From an uncultured Actinomycetes bacterium (GTDB lineage Bacteria; Actinomycetota; UBA4738; HRBIN12): DNA of 64,000 bases. The notes beneath the pieces were generated by a model. The model saw only the letters and a program-made list of their open reading frames with translations. It did no database searches and was not told the origin of the DNA. The stretch lies in NCBI GenBank assembly GCA_964447335.1, contig CAYUSA010000010.1, forward strand, positions 1,730 through 65,729. Direction: 5' to 3'. The number at the start of each line of letters is the position of its first letter. Within the stretch, counting starts at the first letter, position 1. The position numbers and the translations under genes are program-made. Shown piece by piece: positions 47,119-56,895 of this stretch.

Positions 47119-47508
47119 CTAGGAAGACTGCTCGATGAACGTCCGGTACGCGGAAGCGTCGAGCAGAGCCTCGAGCGAGACCGGCTCGCTCATCTCGATC
47201 AGGACGAGCCAGCCGTCCCCGTAGGGAGCGTCATTCACGAGCTCGGGGCGCTCGTCGAGCATGGCGTTGCGCTCGATCACGGTGCCGTCGACCGGCGCGT
47301 ACACATCGGAGACGGACTTCGTGGACTCCACCTCACTGAACGCCTGGCCGGACGTCACGAGGGCACCGACGTCGGGAACATCCACGTAGACGACGTCGCC
47401 GAGGGCCTCCTGCGCGAAATCGGTGATGCCGATCCGCACCCGACCCCTCCCCTCGTCACGAACCCACTCGTGCTCCTTCGTGTAGCGAAGATCCTCAGGG
47501 AACTCCAT
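47119..47508 (-). CDS. gcvH: Glycine cleavage system H protein
   Basis: YTKEHEW, GITDFAQ..LGDVVY, ESTKSVSD lipoyl-Lys motif. Confidence 0.95.
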   Translation of the reverse strand: MEFPEDLRYTKEHEWVRDEGRGRVRIGITDFAQEALGDVVYVDVPDVGALVTSGQAFSEVESTKSVSDVYAPVDGTVIERNAMLDERPELVNDAPYGDGWLVLIEMSEPVSLEALLDASAYRTFIEQSS

Positions 47509-48142
47509 GTCGGCCTCCGTGTCGGGATCGCTCACCCTCGAACCTAGCACGCCGCGAGGGCCCATCGGTGGCGAGCGCGCGGTGCAGATCGCCCAGATAG
47601 AGGCCCGCGGCCACGTGGTACTCGGCGATCCCTGCGACGAAGCTGATCCACCCGAGCGCGAGCGCGGCGTCATCGAGCGGGTAGCCGAGGTTCCCCCACG
47701 AGATCCACGTCACCGCCGACATGAGGCTGAAGGTGGCGACCTTGCCGATCGGCCGCACGTCGAGCCGGACGCGGCGCCGAGCGAACATCGCGACCCCGAC
47801 GACGAGCACCACCGCGTCGCGGACCAAGATCAGCAGCGCCGCCCACCACGGGAACGCGCCGATCATCGCGAGCGCGATCAGCCCGGCGGCGATCGCGAGG
47901 CGGTCGGCGGTCGGGTCCAGGATCTTGCCGAGCTCACTCACCTGCCCGAGCCGTCGGGCGGCGAACCCGTCGAGCCAGTCGGTCCACGCCACGGCCGCGA
48001 ACAACAGCAGGCCGGAGAAGGTCGTGTCGCGGTCGACCATGAGGAGCACGAACACGGGGATGAGCGCGATGCGCAGGAACGACAGGAGGTTCGGGACGGT
48101 CAGGATCCGCGACGACGAGGCTTCCGCAGGGGCGCCGTTCAT
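47495..48142 (-). CDS. CDP-alcohol phosphatidyltransferase
   Basis: TVPNLLSFLR, TDWLDGFAARR..G..LDPTADR. Confidence 0.92.
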   Translation of the reverse strand: MNGAPAEASSSRILTVPNLLSFLRIALIPVFVLLMVDRDTTFSGLLLFAAVAWTDWLDGFAARRLGQVSELGKILDPTADRLAIAAGLIALAMIGAFPWWAALLILVRDAVVLVVGVAMFARRRVRLDVRPIGKVATFSLMSAVTWISWGNLGYPLDDAALALGWISFVAGIAEYHVAAGLYLGDLHRALATDGPSRRARFEGERSRHGGRHGVP

Positions 48143-48175
48143 CGCGAGGGACCCTACCATCCGTGTTCCGCTCGG

Positions 48176-48250
48176 TCGGGCCGGCCGGATTTGAACCGGC
48201 GACCTTCTGACCCCCAGTCAGACGCGCTAACCAAGCTGCGCCACGGCCCG
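48176..48250 (-). tRNA. tRNA-Pro(GGG), CCA not encoded
   Basis: Cloverleaf: acceptor CGGGCCG/CGGCCCG, anticodon arm TCTGA-CTGGGGG-TCAGA, T-loop TTCAAAT. Confidence 0.95.
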
Positions 48251-48299
48251 TGCGAAGCGCATCGTAGCAGCCGGGGTGGAACCTCCGGCGCCCGCGAGC

Positions 48300-49595
48300 T
48301 CAGGCCTCGGAGCGCCTCGTGCGACCCGCGCGGTATCGGATCCGCAGCGGAACGCCCTCGAAGCCGAACTCGCGACGCAGGCGGTTCTCCAGGTAGCGCT
48401 GGTACCCGGCCTCGGGCGGGCGGCCCCCGAACAGGATGAAGGACGGCGGGCCCGAGCTCACCTGCGTGCCGTAGCGGTACCGCACGCCGCGCGCCGGGCG
48501 CTCGGCCTGCGCCTGCTGGAGCACCTGGTTCACCTCCGAGGTCGAGATGCGCTTGGCCCACCGCTCGTGTAGCTCGAGGAGCGTCGAGGGCAGCCGGAGC
48601 ACGCCGGTGCCGGTCTTCGCGGACGTCCGCACCACGGATGCTCGAGCGAACCGGGCGACCTCTTCGCCGAGGTCCTTGAACGTGCGGTCGCGCTCCTCAA
48701 CGAGATCCCACTTGTTCGCCACGACGAGGAAGGCGCGTCCGATCTCCATCACGCGGGTCGCGATGCGCTTGTCCTCGGACGTGAAGCCTTCGGTCGCGTC
48801 CAGGAGCAGCATCGCGACGTCGGCGCGCTCGATCGCGCGCTCGGCGCGGAGCGTGCTGTAGTACTCGACGGCCTGCAGGCGGGTCGGGCGACGGAAGCCC
48901 GCGGTGTCGACGAACCGCACCCGCCCCGAGGGCCAGGTCACCACGGCGTCGACCGCGTCGCGAGTCGTGCCGGCCTCCTCGTACACGACCGAGCGCTCCT
49001 CGCCTACCAGCCGGTTGAACAGCGAGGACTTGCCGACGTTCGGCCTGCCGACGAGCGCGAAGGCGGGCTCACCCTCAGGTTCAGGCTCGGCGCGCTCCTC
49101 GGGCAGCAGGGCGACGATGCGATCGAGCAGGTCGCCCGAGCCCCTCCCGTGCAGGGCCGAGACCATCACCGGCTCCCCGAGCCCGAGGGCGTGGAACGCG
49201 GTCGCGTCGGCCTCGTCGCGTTCGGTGTCGACCTTGTTCGCGACGACCACCACCGGCACCGCGGCGCGGCGCAACCGGCGGGCGAGCGCCGCGTCGCCCT
49301 CGAGCGGGCCGGTGCGCACGTCCACCACGAGCAGCACCACGTCGGCGAGCTCGGCCGCACGCTCGGCCTGCGCCGACACGAGCGCCTCGATGCCCCTCGC
49401 GCCGCGCAGGAAGCCCCCGGTGTCGACGAGCCGGAACGTCCGACCGCGCCACGTGGCCTCGAGCTCGACGCGGTCGCGCGTCACGCCGGGCATCTCGTGG
49501 GCGATCGCCTCGCGGCCGCCGAAGAGCCGGTTGACGAGCGTGGACTTACCGACGTTCTGCCTGCCGACGAGCGCGACGGCCGGGGTCCCGCTCAC
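48300..49595 (-). CDS. der: Ribosome biogenesis GTPase Der
   Basis: Tandem G domains GRQNVGKS and GRPNVGKS, DTGG/DTAG, KH-like tail. Confidence 0.95.
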   Translation of the reverse strand: MSGTPAVALVGRQNVGKSTLVNRLFGGREAIAHEMPGVTRDRVELEATWRGRTFRLVDTGGFLRGARGIEALVSAQAERAAELADVVLLVVDVRTGPLEGDAALARRLRRAAVPVVVVANKVDTERDEADATAFHALGLGEPVMVSALHGRGSGDLLDRIVALLPEERAEPEPEGEPAFALVGRPNVGKSSLFNRLVGEERSVVYEEAGTTRDAVDAVVTWPSGRVRFVDTAGFRRPTRLQAVEYYSTLRAERAIERADVAMLLLDATEGFTSEDKRIATRVMEIGRAFLVVANKWDLVEERDRTFKDLGEEVARFARASVVRTSAKTGTGVLRLPSTLLELHERWAKRISTSEVNQVLQQAQAERPARGVRYRYGTQVSSGPPSFILFGGRPPEAGYQRYLENRLRREFGFEGVPLRIRYRAGRTRRSEA

Positions 49596-50251
49596 GCCGG
49601 GCCCCCGATCCGCGCTCTCGCCTCGGAGAGCACGAGCGCGAACACCGCGTCGACATCGAGGTGCGTCGAGTCGACCTCGAGGTCGGCGTCGAGCGGCGGG
49701 ACGTGCCGGGCGTCCTGCTCGTCCCGCGCGGCGATCGCGCGCTCGACCTCCGGCGCCTTCCGACGCCCGCGCTCGAGCGCCCGGCGGCCGGCTCGCTCCT
49801 CGGGCTTCGCGCCGAGCACGACCCGGAGACTCGCGTCCGGGAACACGACCGAGCCGATGTCTCGACCCTCCATCACGGCTCCCCGTGCGCCGAGCCGCCG
49901 CTGCTCGTCCCGCATCAGGTCGCGGAGCACCGGGTGGCGCGCAACCCGCGAGACCGCGGCCTCGACCTCGGGCGTGGTGAGCTCGTCGCCGGGCGGGGCA
50001 CCGTCGATCCGCAGCTCGGGCGGGCTCGTTCCGGGGTCGAGGTCGAAGATGAGGCCCCGCGCGAGGCTCGCGAGCGCCGGCCCGTCGTCGAGATCCAGGG
50101 CCGCCCGGAGCGCGTGCAGCGTGACCGCTCGGTACATGGCTCCCGTGTTCACGTACGGCAGGCCGAGCGCGGAGGCAAGGCGCCTGGCCAGCGTGCTCTT
50201 GCCCGAGCCCGCGGGGCCGTCGATCGCGATGACGACCGGAGGAGCCTCCAC
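49592..50251 (-). CDS. cmk: Cytidylate kinase
   Basis: IAIDGPAGSGKST, NTGAMYR, VMEGRDIG. Confidence 0.94.
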   Translation of the reverse strand: MEAPPVVIAIDGPAGSGKSTLARRLASALGLPYVNTGAMYRAVTLHALRAALDLDDGPALASLARGLIFDLDPGTSPPELRIDGAPPGDELTTPEVEAAVSRVARHPVLRDLMRDEQRRLGARGAVMEGRDIGSVVFPDASLRVVLGAKPEERAGRRALERGRRKAPEVERAIAARDEQDARHVPPLDADLEVDSTHLDVDAVFALVLSEARARIGGPA

Positions 50252-50252
50252 C

Positions 50253-51620
50253 TCAACCTCCGATCCGAGCGCCGAGCGCTCGAAGCGTCTGGATGAACCC
50301 CGGGAAGGACACGTCCGCCGCCTCGACGCCCTCGACCTCGACGGCGGACCGCGCGGCGAGGGCCGCGACGCAGAGCGCCATCGCCATGCGGTGGTCGCCG
50401 CCCGCGCGGTGCGCGCCGCCCTGGAGCCCGCCGCCGGCCACGACGAGGTCGTCGTCCTCGACACCGGCGTGCCCGCCGAGGGCGCGGAGCATCTCCACGA
50501 GGCCACGCAGGCGGTCGCTCTCCTTCACGCGGAGCTCTCGCGCGCCGAGGAACCTGGACTCGCCGGCGGCGTGCGCGGCGAGCGCCGCGAGGACCGGGAC
50601 CTCGTCGATCACGTTCGGCAGCTCCTCCGGGGCGACGCTCGTTCCGGTCCGCCCCTCGCAAGCCTCCACGTGGAGCCCCCCCACCGGCTCGCCGGGCCCG
50701 GTCCCCGTGACGGTCGTCCGCGTTCGCACGCCCATACGCTCCATCACCTCGAGGAAGCGGGTTCGCGTCGGGTTGAGGCCGACGCCGGCGACCGTGAGCT
50801 CGGCGCCGGTGAGGGCGGCTCCGGCCACCAGGAACGCCGCCGAGGAGGGATCGCCCGGCACGGCCGCGGAGAACCCAGCGTGTCGGAAGGCGCGCACCGT
50901 GACCGAGCCCCCGGTCGAGACGTCCACGGGTGCGCCGAGGTGCTCGAGCGCCCGCTCGGTGTGGTCCCGGGTCCCCACCGGCTCGACGACGGTCGTCTCG
51001 CCCTCGGCCTCGAGGCCGGCGAGGAGCACGGCGCTCTTCACCTGCGCGCTGGGGACCAAGGCCACGTGCCGGATCCCGACGAGCGGACCGCCCCGGACCT
51101 CGAGCGGGGCGTGGCCGTCGGTAGCCTGGAGGCTCGCGCCCATCCGCCGGAGCGGCTCTGCGACGCGCTCCATAGGGCGGGTGCGGAGGCTGTCGTCGCC
51201 GGTCAGCACCGTGGTGAACGGGCACGCGGCGACCACGCCGGCGAGAAGTCGCATCGTCGTGCCCGAGTTGCCGCAGTCGAGCTCCGTCGCCGGAACCTGC
51301 AGTCCACCTCGACCTCTCGCCTCGATGCGCACCGCGGCCGAGCCGGGTCGAGGTTCACCCTTGTTGAACGTGAAACCGTCAGTGTCCGCGGGGCGGGCAG
51401 GGCTCGAGCCCCAACCTTCGAGTGCATCTCGAGCGTCGGGTACGAGCGCCGCGAGACAGCGTGCGGTCGAGCGCACGTCCAGCGCAGGTGGAAGGTCACG
51501 GAGCTCACTCGTGCCCTCGGCCGTCGCCGCGAGGATCACCCAGCGGTGCGCGATCGACTTGTCCCCCGGGACGCGGCTCGAGCCTCCCACGGTGCCACCG
51601 GGTTCGATCCGGACTCGCAC
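50253..51620 (-). CDS. aroA: 3-phosphoshikimate 1-carboxyvinyltransferase
   Basis: PGDKSIAHR, DCGNSGTT, SAQVKS, RDHTE, RVKESDR, DHRMAM. Confidence 0.95.
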   Translation of the reverse strand: MRVRIEPGGTVGGSSRVPGDKSIAHRWVILAATAEGTSELRDLPPALDVRSTARCLAALVPDARDALEGWGSSPARPADTDGFTFNKGEPRPGSAAVRIEARGRGGLQVPATELDCGNSGTTMRLLAGVVAACPFTTVLTGDDSLRTRPMERVAEPLRRMGASLQATDGHAPLEVRGGPLVGIRHVALVPSAQVKSAVLLAGLEAEGETTVVEPVGTRDHTERALEHLGAPVDVSTGGSVTVRAFRHAGFSAAVPGDPSSAAFLVAGAALTGAELTVAGVGLNPTRTRFLEVMERMGVRTRTTVTGTGPGEPVGGLHVEACEGRTGTSVAPEELPNVIDEVPVLAALAAHAAGESRFLGARELRVKESDRLRGLVEMLRALGGHAGVEDDDLVVAGGGLQGGAHRAGGDHRMAMALCVAALAARSAVEVEGVEAADVSFPGFIQTLRALGARIGG

Positions 51621-51629
51621 AGCGGCTCC

Positions 51630-52724
51630 TCAGGCCAGGCGGAGCGGCTCGAACCACCGCTCGCGCAGCACGCGCTCGGCCTCGTCGGCGGCGCCCGCGG
51701 CGACGGTGAGATACACCGTCCCGCGACCGCCCTCCGGCGAGTGCACGATCTGGAGGTCCTCGATGTTCACCCCGGCCGCGCCGAGCGCCGCCGTGAGCTC
51801 GGCGAGCACTCCGGGGCGATCCGGGATCGGCACCTGGATCACCGAGACCCCGGACTTCACCTGCGGCTTCGCCGTGAGCGCGAGCCGCGCCTCCTTCGCG
51901 AGGGCGAACGCCTCCTCGACCTCGGCCGCGCGCTCCTCGAGCACGAGGTCCCGCATCTGCAGCAGCCGGTCCGCGTACCGCTCCAGCGCTCCGGCGATCG
52001 CCTCCCGGTTGGCCAGGAGGATGTCCGACCAGAGGTGCGGGCTCGAGGCCGCGAGTCGCGTGAGATCGCGGAACCCCCCGGCCGCGAGCAGCAGGATCTC
52101 GGGCTCCCCGGCCTCCTCGGTCGCCGCGAGCCCCATGAGCGCCGTCGAGGCGACCTGCGGCAGGTGGCTCACCATCGCGACGAGCCGGTCGTGGCGCTCG
52201 GCATCGATCCGGACGGGGCTCGCACCGACACGCCGGATCCACGCCTCGAGTCGCTGTACCGAGGCTTCATCGGAGCATTCGGTCCCCGAGAGCACCCACA
52301 CGATCCCGTCGACGACGGCCGGCGACGCGCGATCGGGGCCCGAGCGCTCCGAGCCACCCATCGGATGGCCGCCGACGAACCGATCCAGGTGAGCGGGGTC
52401 GGCCGCGTCCCGGACCTCGGCCAGGACGTGGGACTTCACGCTGCCGACGTCGGTGACGACGGCCTCGGGCGCGGCCGCGAGCGCCGCGGCGACCAGGCTC
52501 GCGAGCGATGGGATGGGCGTGCAGACGAACACCAGCGTCGCCCCGTGCACGCACTCCTGCAGGGTGTGCGCGGGCGTGAGGCCGGAGCGCTCGACGGCCC
52601 GGGCGAGCGCATCCGGGTCCGCGTCGTACCCGCGCACGGCGTCGCCGGCGCGGATCGCCGCCATGGCGATCGAGGTGCCGATGAGACCGGTGCCGACGAC
52701 CGCGACGCGCTCAGCCGAGGTCAT
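51630..52724 (-). CDS. tyrA: Prephenate dehydrogenase with ACT domain
   Basis: GTGLIG, DVGSVK, GGHPMGG, SHLPQ, GGFRDLTR; C-terminal ACT. Confidence 0.9.
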   Translation of the reverse strand: MTSAERVAVVGTGLIGTSIAMAAIRAGDAVRGYDADPDALARAVERSGLTPAHTLQECVHGATLVFVCTPIPSLASLVAAALAAAPEAVVTDVGSVKSHVLAEVRDAADPAHLDRFVGGHPMGGSERSGPDRASPAVVDGIVWVLSGTECSDEASVQRLEAWIRRVGASPVRIDAERHDRLVAMVSHLPQVASTALMGLAATEEAGEPEILLLAAGGFRDLTRLAASSPHLWSDILLANREAIAGALERYADRLLQMRDLVLEERAAEVEEAFALAKEARLALTAKPQVKSGVSVIQVPIPDRPGVLAELTAALGAAGVNIEDLQIVHSPEGGRGTVYLTVAAGAADEAERVLRERWFEPLRLA

Positions 52725-53079
52725 CGCGCAGCGACTCCGCGCCGTCCAGGTACACGGGCACGACCTCGGCCTGCGAGCGCTCGGTGTGGAAGTGCATGAG
52801 CACGCGGACGACCCTGGGCATCGAGCCCTCGACGGGGATCTCACGGGCGCACATGAGCGGCACCGCCCCGAGCCCCATGCGCCGAGCGGCCTCGGCCGGG
52901 AAGGCGGACACCAGGTCCTCGGTCGTCGTGAAGAAGGCGCTCACGATGTCGGCCTCCTCGACTGCGTTGCGGCGCAAGACATCCGAGAGCAGGCGCTCGG
53001 TGGCGGACAGCACGGCGTCGGCGGAGTCCTCCGCCACACAGATGGCCCCCCGGACCGCACGGACACGCTGCTCACCCAC
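52711..53079 (-). CDS. aroH: AroH-type chorismate mutase
   Basis: VRAVRGA, FPAEAAR, LMCAREI.VEGSMPRVVRVLMH, YLDGA..LRDDL. Confidence 0.9.
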   Translation of the reverse strand: MGEQRVRAVRGAICVAEDSADAVLSATERLLSDVLRRNAVEEADIVSAFFTTTEDLVSAFPAEAARRMGLGAVPLMCAREIPVEGSMPRVVRVLMHFHTERSQAEVVPVYLDGAESLRDDLG

Positions 53080-53163
53080 CGGCTCGGCGCCAAGGCTACA
53101 GGGCCGGGCCGGCACTCACCTGGCGGAGCCGCGGGGATCGCGGGTCCTCGCCGGGTGTGGCCC

Positions 53164-53883
53164 TCAGAGACCGGCGGCCCGGTACAGCGCTCGGATCTCC
53201 TCCGCGGAGAGCTCACGCACCTCGCCGGCCCGGAGCCGCCCGAGCCGGATCGGCCCGACACGCACGCGGACGAGCCGAAGGACCGGGAGCCCGACGGCCG
53301 CGAGCATGCGCCGGACCTCGCGCTTGCGGCCCTCCCCCATCACCACGCGGACGGCGCCACGGCCGCTGGCGCGTCCGGCCGAGCGCGCGGCGAGCGCCCG
53401 CGCGGGACCGTCCTCGAGCGCGACCCCGCGACGAAGGCGCGAGAGGTGACGCTCGGTGGGCATGCCCTGGACCTCGGCCAGGTACTCCTTCTCGACCCCG
53501 TGGCGAGGGTGCGACAGCCGGTTCGCGAGCTCGCCGTCGTTCGTGAGGACGAGCAGGCCTTCCGAGTCGCGGTCCAGACGTCCGACCGGGAAGACACGAG
53601 GCCCCTCGGGAAGGAACTGCCGGAGGTCGGAGGCGGCGTGGGCGTCGCGCATCGTCGTCGTCACGCCGGCCGGCTTGTGCAAGACCAGGTAGCGGAGCTC
53701 CGGGTCGGTGCTCACCCGGTGGCCGCCGACCGTGACCTCGTCGACGGCGGGATCGACCCGGTCACCGAGCGTGGCGACCCGCCCGTTCACGCCGACCCGT
53801 CCGGCCCGGATGAGATCCTCGCACGCCCTCCGAGAGCCGAAGCCGGCTCGCGCGAGCGCGCGCTGGAGGCGTTCCTCGGGCAT
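53164..53883 (-). CDS. rluB: rRNA pseudouridine synthase (RluB/RsuA family)
   Basis: S4 domain ERLQRALARAG..SRR; VGRLDRDSEGL; EGRKREVRR. Confidence 0.88.
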   Translation of the reverse strand: MPEERLQRALARAGFGSRRACEDLIRAGRVGVNGRVATLGDRVDPAVDEVTVGGHRVSTDPELRYLVLHKPAGVTTTMRDAHAASDLRQFLPEGPRVFPVGRLDRDSEGLLVLTNDGELANRLSHPRHGVEKEYLAEVQGMPTERHLSRLRRGVALEDGPARALAARSAGRASGRGAVRVVMGEGRKREVRRMLAAVGLPVLRLVRVRVGPIRLGRLRAGEVRELSAEEIRALYRAAGL

Positions 53884-53887
53884 GCGG

Positions 53888-54448
53888 CTACTCGCCGCCG
53901 GCGGCCTCGGCGTCGGCCTCGTCGACCTTGCCGAGGAGCGGTGCGAGCGGCGGGAGCGCCGAGAGCGACGGCAGGCCGAGGCGCTCGAGGAACTCCGGCG
54001 ACGTCCCATAGAGCATCGGGCGCCCGGGTCCCTCCTCACGGCCGACCTCGGCGACGAGCCCGCGGTCGATGAGCGCGCGCAGTACCCCGTCGGAGTTCAC
54101 GCCGCGGATCGCCGAGATCTGGTGCCGCGTGACCGGCTGCTTGTAGGCGACGATCGCGAGGGTCTCGAGCGCCGCCTTCGTGAGCCGCGCGTGCCGCGAG
54201 GACAGCACGTAGCGCTCGACGACGGGCGCCGCGTCGGGGCTCGTCGTGAGGCGCCATCCGCCGGCGACGGTGCGGAGCACGAGTCCCGCCCCTCGCTCCT
54301 CGTACGAGCGCGCGAGCGCCTCGCAGAGCTCGTCGACGTGGCGGCGCTCCACGTCGAGCGCCTGCGCGAGGACGATCGAGGCAACCGGCTCGTCCGAGAC
54401 GAACAGGAGCGCCTCGAGGTCCCGGAACAGCTCCGCGCCGTCGCTCAT
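53888..54448 (-). CDS. scpB: SMC-Scp complex subunit ScpB
   Basis: LEALLF, AGGWRLTT, LETLAIVAYKQPVTR..IRGVN. Confidence 0.95.
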   Translation of the reverse strand: MSDGAELFRDLEALLFVSDEPVASIVLAQALDVERRHVDELCEALARSYEERGAGLVLRTVAGGWRLTTSPDAAPVVERYVLSSRHARLTKAALETLAIVAYKQPVTRHQISAIRGVNSDGVLRALIDRGLVAEVGREEGPGRPMLYGTSPEFLERLGLPSLSALPPLAPLLGKVDEADAEAAGGE

Positions 54449-55194
54449 GCCCGACCCTCCCACCGGACCTCGATCTCGCCGAACGTCTCGGCCTGCGCGA
54501 GGTCGACCTTGCCCTCACGGTACAGCTCGAGGAGCGCGAGGAACCGCACGACCACCTGGATGCGCTCGTCGCAGTCGGCCACGAGCTCTCGGAACAGCGC
54601 CTCGCCGAGGCGCTCCAGGTGCCCGCGCACCGCCTGCGTGGCCTCGGCCATCGTGTAGCGGATCGGCGTGACGTGCGAGAGGTCCACCATCGGCGGCGGG
54701 CGGAGCAGCGATGCGGCGAGTCGTGCGAGGTCCTGCGCCGCAACCTTCTCCATCACGTCGGGATACAGGTGCGCGAACTCCGGCGGCGGGCCCGCGTCGC
54801 GCGGGAAGTGGCGAGCCTCCTCCTCCACGCGCCGCGAGAGGTCGGCGGCCACACGACGGAAGGCCGCGAGCTCCAGGCTCCGCGCGTACACGAGGTCGGG
54901 CGAGACGCCGAGCAGGTCCTCCTCGTCCAGGACCTCGTGCCGGGGCATCAGGCGCCCGACCTTCAGCTCGAGCAGGATCGCGCAGACGGCGAGGAACCAC
55001 GTCGCCTCCTCGAGGCTCCACGCGTCGGCATCCTTCGCGTGCTCGAGGAAGCGCTCGGTCACCGTGCCGACGGCGACGTCGCACACGTCGATCTTCTGGT
55101 CGAGCAGCAGGTCCGCGAGGAGCCGGAACGGGCCGACGAACACCGGAAGCTCGACGGCGAAGCCTCCCGCGTCACCGCGCTCCTCGGTCGTCAT
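54445..55194 (-). CDS. scpA: Segregation/condensation protein A
   Basis: F.GPF.LL, LELKVGRLMP, VVRFLALLEL, QAETFGEI. Confidence 0.92.
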   Translation of the reverse strand: MTTEERGDAGGFAVELPVFVGPFRLLADLLLDQKIDVCDVAVGTVTERFLEHAKDADAWSLEEATWFLAVCAILLELKVGRLMPRHEVLDEEDLLGVSPDLVYARSLELAAFRRVAADLSRRVEEEARHFPRDAGPPPEFAHLYPDVMEKVAAQDLARLAASLLRPPPMVDLSHVTPIRYTMAEATQAVRGHLERLGEALFRELVADCDERIQVVVRFLALLELYREGKVDLAQAETFGEIEVRWEGRA

Positions 55195-56195
55195 GACAGG
55201 TGCATGGCCGCGCGGACGGCGCCGATCGTCTCCTCGACGACCGGACGCACCTTGGCCGCGCCGGCGGCCAGGACCTCCTCGGCGAGCGCGGCGCGGTGCT
55301 CGAGCTCCTCGCGCCGCTCACGGAAGTCGGCGAAGGTCGCGACGATCCGGTCCGCGAGGTTCGTCTTGCAGTCCACGCAGCCAAGCTCGCCCGTGCGGCA
55401 GTTGGCCTCGGTCCATCCCAGGATGTCGGGCGAGAACCGGCCGTGGAGCGTGAAGATGGGGCAGATCTCGGGGCGGCCGGGGTCGCCGCGCCGGATCTTC
55501 TCCGGGTCGGTGATGAAGGTGCGGACCGTGCGGCGGATCTCGTCCTCGTCATCGCGGACGTTCACGACATTGTCGAGCGATTTCGACATCTTCCGCCCGT
55601 CGGTGCCCGGGATGAGGGGCGTCTCCGAGAGCAACGGCTGCGGCTCGACGAGCACGTCGCCGTACAGGCGGTTGAAGCGGCGCACGACCTCCCGCGAGAG
55701 CTCGAGGTGCGGGACCTGGTCCTCCCCCACCGGCACGAGCTCGCCCTTGACGATCGTGATGTCGACCGTCTGCAGCACCGGGTAGCCGAGCAACCCGTAG
55801 TTCGCGATGTCGCGCTCGGCGTTGTCCCGCAGGCGCTCCTTGTAGGTGGGCACGCGTTCGAGCCACCCGAGCGGGGTGATCATGCCGAGCAAGAGGTTCA
55901 TCTCGGCCACCTCCTTCACATCGGATTGCCGGTAGAGCGTGACGCGCTCGGGGTCGATCCCCGCGGCAAGGAGGTCGAGCACGAGCTCGAGCGTATAGCC
56001 GGGGAGCTCGTCCGTGCGGTCGAAGTGGGTCGTGAGCATGTGCCAGTCCGCGATGAAGTAGAAGCACTCGTGCTCCTCCTGCAGCCGCAGCATGTTCTGC
56101 ACGTTGCCGAACCAATGGCCGACGTGCATCGGGCCGGTCGGCCGGTAGCCGGTCAGGACGCGCTTCGTGCGCTCGGTCGGGTTCGCACTGCTCAC
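55191..56195 (-). CDS. trpS: Tryptophan-tRNA ligase
   Basis: TGYRPTGPMHVGH, IADWH, YPVLQTVDI, VPVGEDQ, KMSKS. Confidence 0.96.
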   Translation of the reverse strand: MSSANPTERTKRVLTGYRPTGPMHVGHWFGNVQNMLRLQEEHECFYFIADWHMLTTHFDRTDELPGYTLELVLDLLAAGIDPERVTLYRQSDVKEVAEMNLLLGMITPLGWLERVPTYKERLRDNAERDIANYGLLGYPVLQTVDITIVKGELVPVGEDQVPHLELSREVVRRFNRLYGDVLVEPQPLLSETPLIPGTDGRKMSKSLDNVVNVRDDEDEIRRTVRTFITDPEKIRRGDPGRPEICPIFTLHGRFSPDILGWTEANCRTGELGCVDCKTNLADRIVATFADFRERREELEHRAALAEEVLAAGAAKVRPVVEETIGAVRAAMHLS

Positions 56196-56241
56196 GATGG
56201 CGGCAAGGATAGCGCGGTGACCCCCGGGCCCCTCGGAGCGC

Positions 56242-56892
56242 TCAGCAGATGAGGATGTCCCCGCCCGCGAGGAGCGACGTGAGCGCCTGCGCGAGCGCCC
56301 GCACGATCGACAGGAGCGGCCCGGCGAGCAGGAAGAAGATCACGAGCACGAACAGCACGAGGTACTGGTCGAGGTTCGCGTAGACCTCGCGCGCCCGGGG
56401 CGGGAGAGCGCGCGCGAGGAGCTTCGCGCCGTCGAGCCCGGGCACCGGCATCAGCTGGAAGACGAACATGTAGACGTTCACGAGGAAGAACGCATACGCG
56501 AGCTCGAGCACGTCCCCCGCGAGCCCGACGCGCAGCAGCGCCCCCGCGATGCCGGCGAGCGCGAGGTTCGCCCCGAGGCCCGCGAGCGTGATCGTCGTCG
56601 GGTCGCGCTTGGGGTTGCGGAGGTGGTAGGTGTCGAGCGGCATCGGCTTCGCGTAGGCGAAGATCGGCAGCAGGCAGCCCTGGCCCGTGGCGACGAGCAC
56701 CAGGATGAGCCCAGGCAGGACGAGGCTTCCGAACGGGTCGACGAGGGGCTTGGGGTTCAGCGTGAGGCGGCCCCACCGCCGAGGCGCGGAGTCACCGAGC
56801 TTGTCGGCGGCGAAGGCGTGGGCGTACTCGTGCAGGACGAGGCTCGGCACGAGGGCGACCAGCAGGAACGCGGCGAACCTCAGATCCTCCAT
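56242..56892 (-). CDS. Site-2 protease (M50) family protein
   Basis: LHEYAH, GRLTLNP..VDPFG, QLMPVPGLDG. Confidence 0.88.
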   Translation of the reverse strand: MEDLRFAAFLLVALVPSLVLHEYAHAFAADKLGDSAPRRWGRLTLNPKPLVDPFGSLVLPGLILVLVATGQGCLLPIFAYAKPMPLDTYHLRNPKRDPTTITLAGLGANLALAGIAGALLRVGLAGDVLELAYAFFLVNVYMFVFQLMPVPGLDGAKLLARALPPRAREVYANLDQYLVLFVLVIFFLLAGPLLSIVRALAQALTSLLAGGDILIC

Positions 56893-56895
56893 GCC

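Noticed and set aside
48176-48250. tRNA-Pro as an island integration site
   Set aside because: No duplicated 3' end or integrase; flanked by core genes
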